Positions 17,852 to 23,764 of a DNA stretch of 32,000 bases are shown piece after piece. The position numbers and the translations under genes are program-made. How positions within the stretch are numbered: the first letter of the stretch is position 1; each line of letters begins with the position of its first letter. The stretch spans positions 276,403 to 308,402 of the forward strand of contig CAZXEQ010000001.1 in assembly GCA_964640155.1 (NCBI GenBank), given 5' to 3'. The notes beneath the pieces are model-generated. The model was not told where the DNA came from, searched no databases, and was given only the letters and a program-made list of their open reading frames with translations. The stretch comes from an uncultured bacterium. GTDB lineage: Bacteria > Auribacterota > JACPWU01.

Positions 17852-17959
17852 AAAAAAGTGTGTCCTCTACAAATACGGGTGACACTCGACGGGGAGCCCC
17901 GCCGCGCGCAATTTTTCGTGAGCACGGTGGGGACGACGAGTGGCAGGTCCCGTTTCTTA
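17852..17959 (+). ncRNA. Unclassified GC-rich structured RNA element, copy 2 (minimal 79-nt core), in the leader of giant GspK-like gene 1
   Basis: Core 17875-17953. P1 is ACGGG/CCCGU. P2 is CACUCG (17883-88) with CGAGUG (17937-42). P3 is CCCCGCCG (17897-904) with CGGUGGGG (17925-32), containing a G-U pair that is only valid on the + strand. The conserved loop is CGCGCAAUUUUUCGUGAGCA. Conserved junctions are UGA, ACGGGGAG and GCAGG. No + strand gene lies upstream; the ATG of the next gene is about 150 nt downstream. Confidence 0.6.
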
Positions 17960-18106
17960 CCTAGTCCTAAAGGACGGCGAAAAGCCTGAAGAGACACTTT
18001 TATAGAGGAAAACTAATCTAATATCTTTAATTGCAATTTAAAAGTAACACTATTATTATAATATGCTTTCACGATATTAAATCTATTTTTAGACATCAAA
18101 TATTGT

Positions 18107-21100
18107 ATGTTTATCAATCATCATAAGTCTGCATCTACTGGAGCCGCCCTGGTTCTCACCGTGGGAATGCTTGCCCTTTTGACTTTGCTTGCCGTTGCTT
18201 TTGTAACACTCACACGAACTGAAGAAAAAATGAGTCGTTCATCTATTTATAGATGCCAAGCTCGAGCCATTGCTTCTGCAGGTCTTCATTATGCCATTGC
18301 CATTCTTCAAAAAGATCTACACGACGACAAAGCTGCAACAACTTTAACAGATCCTCAAATGTTGGATTCTTTCGATGAAGAATGGTCGACACTTTTTCTG
18401 GGAGCAGATATTCAACTAAGTACTTATGATGCTCGAATCTCTCGATGGATTTACATTCGAAAAACAACGGATCCAGACAGTCCCATCGTGGGTCGATTTT
18501 CTATTTTAATTCAAGATGAGGCAAGTAAGATCAATATCAATACAGCTGGAATAGGCCATCAAAACGAAGGTTGTAGCACCCATGAAATTGATTTGGGCGA
18601 CATCCCTGGGATTGGCGTTGCCTTAAGAGATGATATTGTCAACTATCGCAATGGTGCTAACACAGTTCCGGGTTCAAATGGTTCAGGCCTCACTCTTTAT
18701 TTAGCAGATGATAACAACAATACAACCCCGCTCAAAAAAAATAATATTGACGATGATGCAGATACTGCAACAGAGGGAATAGACAGTCTGGACTCCGATG
18801 AAGGGCAAGATAACGGTGACCCGAGTGAATTCGACCCAGAATTTCCGTATGGAGACGACAGACCTTTCACAGACATTGAAGAATTGGAAGCCATTCCTGG
18901 AATCGGTAACAACATTGTAAAAGCAGCAAAAAACTATGCCACAATCTGGAGCTATGATCTAAATCAATACTGGAGTAAAGAAACTCAAAGTTGGAACAAA
19001 AAAATTAATTTAAATCATTTTCTTTCTACAGGTCAACTTTACGGACTTGATTTGACTGCCACATCCAAACTTCATCGCTTGGCAGCTAACATCATAGATT
19101 ATAGCGACTGCGATATTTACCCCACTTTCACTACTTCGGATAAGGACAATCCTATTTCAAGCAATTCCTATCTCGGGATTGAAGGATTACAATTCAATGA
19201 AATCATGACTCAAACAGCGGCCATCATCCGAGAAAATAATGCCCATCATGTCAATCGTACAAGCGCTTGGCACCCTCGCTCAACAGATGTAGCCTACGAT
19301 GAAGCAGATGAAGGACAAGTCGGGACATGGAGTTGGCCTTGGGACAATGCAAATTACAATGTCACGATTCAGATTGAAGCAAGTACAACCGAAACAACAG
19401 CACCTATCAGCTATGTTATCGAAGGTGTCTCCGGAACCATTGATCCTCCAGCTACGAGCAGTGGTCCTATTCCCATCACCATTACTGGTGGAGAAATTAA
19501 TTTAACACTCACAGCAGCTCAAGACCCAACAACGCCTCCTCAAAAATCTTCTTTTGATAAGATAAAAATATCTGGTTTAGGGAAATATATTGAAATCATT
19601 AATATCAGCCAGCAAGGCATTTCTTTTGATACAGGAGATGATGATGCATGGAGACTTTTCTTCAATCCATCGCTTGTCTCCCCTGTCGATGATGGTCTTC
19701 CTACCAAAGTTGTTGGGGATTCTTATTTGTCGCTTGCCTCCGCCCTCCATCCCTCTACTTCTATTACTCTGAATGGAATAGACGAGAATGTTCCTACTCA
19801 TGATCCACCCAACTATGACTATTTAATCATCGCAGACAGTCTTTACGCATTAGATGCACTGCATGGATCTAGCGACGACGGATCTTGGTCAAAAACGGAA
19901 TCTGAACCCGGAAAAGTTTTAGTTCTTCCAGATCTTCTCTCTCATCTTCTTGAAGGAACAGATTTGGTTTTAACTGACTGGAAAAATAATGTAATCGCAT
20001 ATGCTCCGTCTTCGAATGAAAAATTTAATATCACTGCGTACGATACATCTTCAACAACGTCTTATGCCTCTTTTTCTCGCATTTCTGCCGTCAATCAACA
20101 AAATGCCTGGTTGATTACAACAAGTACAAGTCCTGGGACAAAAAATTTCAATGCCATTAATTCAGATAGTGGAACAGACAACCTTTTCTGGAAAGTTAAA
20201 GATCGTTCATTCGCGAATCTAGGTGAATTAGGAGATGTTTTTTTAGGAACCAGTAACAATGCAACGCATGACATTGAAACCAGCTATAGCCCTCTGTATT
20301 TTTCTAGAATTACTTTGTCTTCCAAAAGAATTGAAGCAGAGGACGCTGATATGCCTTTACCCTGGAATGCTCAAGAAATATCTTTCGAAAATGATGGAAC
20401 GACACGCTATCTTGCTCCTGGAACATCGGGAGGATGGATATGGAACTGGACTTTTAATCCCACTAACACTTTACCGGATATTGATAAACCTTTTCGTCTT
20501 CCTGTCAACAACACCACATTTGATCTACTTGTTTACGGACAATTTCTTTATCATTTTGATTCACCTATGGGAATTCATCGAAATCCTAAACCCAATCATG
20601 GAGTGAGCCTACCATCTGTCACCATATCAGGAAACAACATCAATTTTCCAATCTATGCAAATGGTTTGGCCCCAAAATTAGATTATATTATTCTGACTCC
20701 CGAGCCCTATACTTGGGGAAAAATCAATATCAATACAGCTTCCAGACAAACTTTAAAGGCCTTACCAGGCATAAGCACATCACTGGCCAATCATATCCTC
20801 GCCTATCGACAAGGAAATTCCGGGCCCTTTAACCAAATTCAAGAAGTCACAGAAGTTTCTAATATTGGGGAAACAACGTTTAAGCCCATTTCCAATCTTA
20901 TTACCGTCAGAAGCGATACCTTTCGTATTCTCGTTAAAGGCCAACAAGTTATGGATATGAATGAAGATAACACCATCGATTCTAATGAAATTATGTCCAC
21001 AATCACTTTAGATGCCATTATAGACAGAAATCCGTCTGGGCAAAGGCCTAACACCAACGATCAATATCAGATTAAGAGTTTAAAACATGAGTACTCCTAA
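18107..21100 (+). CDS. Giant GspK-like minor pseudopilin (paralog 1, 997 aa) with inserted beta-sandwich/LTD-like modules
   Basis: GspK-type N-terminus lacking Glu+5 (STG|AALVLTVGMLALLTLLAV). IQDEASKININTAG + IPGIGVALRDDIVNYR, and a second GKININTAS..LKALPGIS..LANHILAYR helix-hairpin-helix pair. C-terminal ..LITVRSDTFRILV... as in T2SS protein K. About 650 extra residues compared with typical GspK. Confidence 0.75.
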   Translation: MFINHHKSASTGAALVLTVGMLALLTLLAVAFVTLTRTEEKMSRSSIYRCQARAIASAGLHYAIAILQKDLHDDKAATTLTDPQMLDSFDEEWSTLFLGADIQLSTYDARISRWIYIRKTTDPDSPIVGRFSILIQDEASKININTAGIGHQNEGCSTHEIDLGDIPGIGVALRDDIVNYRNGANTVPGSNGSGLTLYLADDNNNTTPLKKNNIDDDADTATEGIDSLDSDEGQDNGDPSEFDPEFPYGDDRPFTDIEELEAIPGIGNNIVKAAKNYATIWSYDLNQYWSKETQSWNKKINLNHFLSTGQLYGLDLTATSKLHRLAANIIDYSDCDIYPTFTTSDKDNPISSNSYLGIEGLQFNEIMTQTAAIIRENNAHHVNRTSAWHPRSTDVAYDEADEGQVGTWSWPWDNANYNVTIQIEASTTETTAPISYVIEGVSGTIDPPATSSGPIPITITGGEINLTLTAAQDPTTPPQKSSFDKIKISGLGKYIEIINISQQGISFDTGDDDAWRLFFNPSLVSPVDDGLPTKVVGDSYLSLASALHPSTSITLNGIDENVPTHDPPNYDYLIIADSLYALDALHGSSDDGSWSKTESEPGKVLVLPDLLSHLLEGTDLVLTDWKNNVIAYAPSSNEKFNITAYDTSSTTSYASFSRISAVNQQNAWLITTSTSPGTKNFNAINSDSGTDNLFWKVKDRSFANLGELGDVFLGTSNNATHDIETSYSPLYFSRITLSSKRIEAEDADMPLPWNAQEISFENDGTTRYLAPGTSGGWIWNWTFNPTNTLPDIDKPFRLPVNNTTFDLLVYGQFLYHFDSPMGIHRNPKPNHGVSLPSVTISGNNINFPIYANGLAPKLDYIILTPEPYTWGKININTASRQTLKALPGISTSLANHILAYRQGNSGPFNQIQEVTEVSNIGETTFKPISNLITVRSDTFRILVKGQQVMDMNEDNTIDSNEIMSTITLDAIIDRNPSGQRPNTNDQYQIKSLKHEYS

Positions 21101-21145
21101 CCACTTCAGACCAAAAGAATTAATGAATTTGACCCTCTTCGATCG

Positions 21146-21174
21146 TTGACCCTAGAGAATCAATATGTTATTCT
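21146..21174 (+). promoter_or_regulatory. Candidate sigma70-type promoter for the gspG-like gene
   Basis: TTGACC (21146-51), 17-nt spacer, TATTCT (21169-74) preceded by TGT. TTGACCCT is directly repeated at 21129-36 and 21146-53. Confidence 0.3.
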
Positions 21175-21204
21175 AAATGAGTGAAGGTTTTCAGTAGGTG
21201 ACTT

Positions 21205-21753
21205 ATGCAACCAAAGCGAAGTCTTAGGATAAGTGTTTCAGCTTTCACAGTCATTGAAATGCTTATTGTTATTTCAGTTATTTCTATTCTTGCAGGTATT
21301 TTACTTCCGGCTATTCATTCTGCTCAGAAAAAAGCAAAAATTGCAAAAACTCAGGCTGTCATCGATTCTATCACGATCGCTCTCAAACAATATCAAACAG
21401 ATTTTGGAGCTTACCCATCGGCTGACATTCCAGGCGTTTCAGGAGAAACTTCCGCTGAATGCGCCTACTATTACACAGCCGCAACATTTGTAGCAGGTGA
21501 AAATAGTAATGAAATCTCAGCAGGCCCCTATATGGAATTTCGGCAAAAAGATAGAAAATCAACCAGTAGAACCGCTGACCTATTGGGAGATGGCACAAGC
21601 AATGATACGCTTTATCAAGTGATTGATTCTTGGGGAAACCCTTTAATTTATACTCAACCGGGCACCAACAATTCTAGTTCTTTTGATCTGTACTCCTATG
21701 GGCCAAATGGTACAGCAGGAGGAAGCCCTGATGATGACATTAAGAATTGGTAG
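21205..21753 (+). CDS. gspG: Type II secretion major pseudopilin GspG-like
   Basis: Prepilin motif SA|FTVIEMLIVISVISILAGILLPA, then AK..QAV.D...I..AL..Y..D.G.YPS, and C-terminal DSWGNPLIY..PG....FDLYSYGPNG.AGG..DDI.NW, closely matching GspG family conservation. Confidence 0.85.
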   Translation: MQPKRSLRISVSAFTVIEMLIVISVISILAGILLPAIHSAQKKAKIAKTQAVIDSITIALKQYQTDFGAYPSADIPGVSGETSAECAYYYTAATFVAGENSNEISAGPYMEFRQKDRKSTSRTADLLGDGTSNDTLYQVIDSWGNPLIYTQPGTNNSSSFDLYSYGPNGTAGGSPDDDIKNW

Positions 21754-22348
21754 AAAAACAAACCATCGATTTCTAGGACAATCTGGGGGCTTCACACTCA
21801 TTGAACTCCTCGCTGTAATTACAATTATTGGATTACTTGCACTATTGGGCGTCACCACATTTTCAAAATTTGGAAGCAATATTCGACTTAAAAGTGCGGC
21901 AGATCAAATTGCAAGTACCTTGCGTTTGGCTAGAGATTTGGCCGTTACTCAAAATAAAACAATACGAGCCACCATTTATCCTAGAAGAGCAAGTCCTCCC
22001 AATTGTATCGTTTTAACAGATTCAGGAGTTCAGATAGACAAGCCTTGGATTGCTTCTCCCTTGATTGAAATCGCAGACATAAATGGTTCTTCTAGCTCTA
22101 CAACTATAGACATTGATTTTTCCCCTTATGGAACCGCAAGCAGTAACTCTATTCATATCATTCAAAAAGGAACATTGATTTCAGGAAGTGCTTATAGCCC
22201 TTCAGGCTCGTACACAAGCGCCAACAAAAGCGAGCGCGTCAAGTGTTATACCCTCACAACAGATAACAATACAGCAAGAACACAAATCTATGCTTATGGG
22301 AGAAATGCGCCATGGGATACGGACGATTTAAGCGCATCACCGCCATAA
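21731..22348 (+). CDS. GspH/FimT-like minor pseudopilin
   Basis: The in-frame ATGATG at 21731 overlaps the gspG stop. Leader MMTLRIGRKTNHRFLGQSGG|FTLIELLAVITIIGLLALLG, then ...AADQIASTLRLARDLAV.. typical of GspH-class pseudopilins. The track start at 21683 is probably too far upstream. Confidence 0.7.
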   Translation: MMTLRIGRKTNHRFLGQSGGFTLIELLAVITIIGLLALLGVTTFSKFGSNIRLKSAADQIASTLRLARDLAVTQNKTIRATIYPRRASPPNCIVLTDSGVQIDKPWIASPLIEIADINGSSSSTTIDIDFSPYGTASSNSIHIIQKGTLISGSAYSPSGSYTSANKSERVKCYTLTTDNNTARTQIYAYGRNAPWDTDDLSASPP

Positions 22349-22923
22349 AAAGGGATGCTGTTCCTCAAAGTACGTCCTCTATAACCGCGGGTGACGCTCG
22401 GCGGGGTGTCCCATCGAGCGCAACTTTTCCTGAGCACGATGAGGCTGACGAGCGGCAGGCCCCGCTACTTTTTCAAGATACACCCTTTAATATAGACCAT
22501 CTTAAAAAGTTAGAGAGACAAAAGACAGGTGGCTTCACTTTGGTTGAGATTGTAGTTGCTCTGGGACTTTTAGCCTTGGGCATTCTGGGAATTCTTTCGC
22601 TTTTCCCTGTAGGCTTAGACGCTCAAAAAAGGGCCTTGGATTATTCAAATCTAACTAATTTAGCAGAATGGAAAATGGCCGATATCGCTTACAAAAGTCA
22701 TTTGACAGGCTCCCTTAACAGTCTGACCGCTGCTACAAGTTATCCGAATTCTGGAGTTACTTCTTTTGATCAAAACAAAAAATATTCGTGGCATTATTAT
22801 GTTTCCAAACCCTATTCTGGCACTCTTGACAATCTTTATAGAGTTGATTTAGCGATTTATTCCGTCAGTGACACAACAAATCCTATTGAAAAGGTGGTGA
22901 GTTATCTTGAACTTCCTCAATAA
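22312..22923 (+). CDS. GspI-like minor pseudopilin (prepilin-type N-terminal methylation domain); start codon uncertain
   Basis: QKTGG|FTLVEIVVALGLLALGILGILSLFP, with predicted cleavage after 22533. The only in-frame ATG/GTG/TTG upstream is ATG 22312 (GGAG SD). That gives an unusually long 74-aa leader which reads through RNA element copy 3. Assigned as I-like by small size and position. Confidence 0.6.
   Translation: MGYGRFKRITAIKRDAVPQSTSSITAGDARRGVPSSATFPEHDEADERQAPLLFQDTPFNIDHLKKLERQKTGGFTLVEIVVALGLLALGILGILSLFPVGLDAQKRALDYSNLTNLAEWKMADIAYKSHLTGSLNSLTAATSYPNSGVTSFDQNKKYSWHYYVSKPYSGTLDNLYRVDLAIYSVSDTTNPIEKVVSYLELPQ
22367..22471 (+). ncRNA. Unclassified GC-rich structured RNA element, copy 3 (79-nt core), between the GspH-like stop and the mature GspI-like coding sequence
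   Basis: Core 22387-22465, the same length as copy 2. P1 is GCGGG/CCCGC. P2 is CGCUCG (22395-400) with CGAGCG (22449-54). P3 is UCCCAUCG/CGAUGAGG. The loop is AGCGCAACUUUUCCUGAGCA. Compensatory changes relative to copies 1 and 2 occur in P1, P2 and P3. Confidence 0.6.
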
Positions 22924-23764
22924 CATATTGTCATGCGTCGTGCGTTATACGTCGAGCGTAAAAAGATATATTCCCTCAAGAACCACGCATCACGCATCAC
23001 GTATCACGCACAACGGTTTCTCAATGATTGAGTTACTGAGTGCTCTCGCTATTTTTAGCATCATGGGCCTCGCCCTTTATATTGTTTTTGATAGGGCCAA
23101 TCAAGTGTGGAAACATGGAGAATATAAGTCTGATCAATATCAAAATGCCCGACTCGCATTAGACACCATGTCACGAGAACTGACTTCTTGCTTGATTGGA
23201 ACAGGTGGGCCCACTTCTTTTCAAGATAACACAAATAAACGTCCTTATCTGTGGTCACTGGATAATTCACAGACTATTTCAGGACAAACTTATGATCGTG
23301 ATGAAATCTATTTTACTTTTGTAAGAGCCAACACCATTTATGAAGTTGGCTATTCTATTGATGATCAAAGTAATAGTAACTGCAAAGATGATATTTTGAG
23401 AAGGGCCTATACCTCTGGACTTTCAAGTGGCACAGATTTTGATATTGCAACAACAGATTTTGGATCCAATGATGATTTTGCGTTTAAAGTCACAGATTTG
23501 GATATCAAATTTATTTATAAAGACTCTTCTGGAAATTATCAAAAGGCAAATGTATGGGATACACGCATGGGTTATTTGACAGGAGGAGGAACCACTACCT
23601 CTGGCACCACCATTGACGATGGGCAACTACCGGATTGGATTGAAATCTCCATGCGTATTGTCGATCAGGAAACCCTTAATAAAAACAATGGTAATCCTGC
23701 AAAAGCTGATCGAAAAGAGTTCAAAACACTTATTCCCATGAATCAAAGGAGATTTTCCAGATGA
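22907..23764 (+). CDS. GspJ/PilW-like minor pseudopilin
   Basis: NG|FSMIELLSALAIFSIMGLALYIVFDRANQVW....ARLALDTMSRELTS, as in GspJ-class proteins. TTG start at 22907 follows AAGGTGGTGA; alternatives are TTG 22928 and GVG-frame GTG 22940. The stop overlaps the next gene's ATG (ATGA). Confidence 0.7.
   Translation: MNFLNNILSCVVRYTSSVKRYIPSRTTHHASRITHNGFSMIELLSALAIFSIMGLALYIVFDRANQVWKHGEYKSDQYQNARLALDTMSRELTSCLIGTGGPTSFQDNTNKRPYLWSLDNSQTISGQTYDRDEIYFTFVRANTIYEVGYSIDDQSNSNCKDDILRRAYTSGLSSGTDFDIATTDFGSNDDFAFKVTDLDIKFIYKDSSGNYQKANVWDTRMGYLTGGGTTTSGTTIDDGQLPDWIEISMRIVDQETLNKNNGNPAKADRKEFKTLIPMNQRRFSR
22933..23011. repeat. Inverted pair of heptamer arrays (RTGCGTN on the left, CACGYAT x4 on the right) at the gspI/gspJ junction, inside the gspJ-like leader-coding region
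   Basis: Left arm is ATGCGTC GTGCGTT ATACGTC GAGCGTA (22933-60). Right arm is CACGCAT CACGCAT CACGTAT CACGCAC (22984-23011). The arms pair as periodic 5-bp blocks (18 of 27 positions complementary). Confidence 0.7.

Noticed and set aside
17875-17953. Possible TPP riboswitch (GGGUGA ... CUGAGCA resembles GGGGUGC ... CUGAGA), or c-di-GMP-I/II, ZTP, glycine or cobalamin riboswitch
   Set aside because: The remaining obligatory conserved segments of those classes are absent, for example ACCUGAUCUGGAUAAUGCCAGCG for TPP, GGCAAACC/ACGCAAAGC for GEMM-I and the B12 box. This is from memory only and needs an Rfam scan.
17783-17989. Track ORF 17783-17989 (+), 68 aa
   Set aside because: Same reason: it is a read-through of RNA element copy 2, with a non-ATG start and no ribosome-binding site.
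22445-22452. CUGACGAG in RNA copy 3 as a hammerhead ribozyme core
   Set aside because: The box is not conserved in the other copies (ACGACGAG, CUGCCAAG). No GAAA box or three-way hammerhead junction is present.
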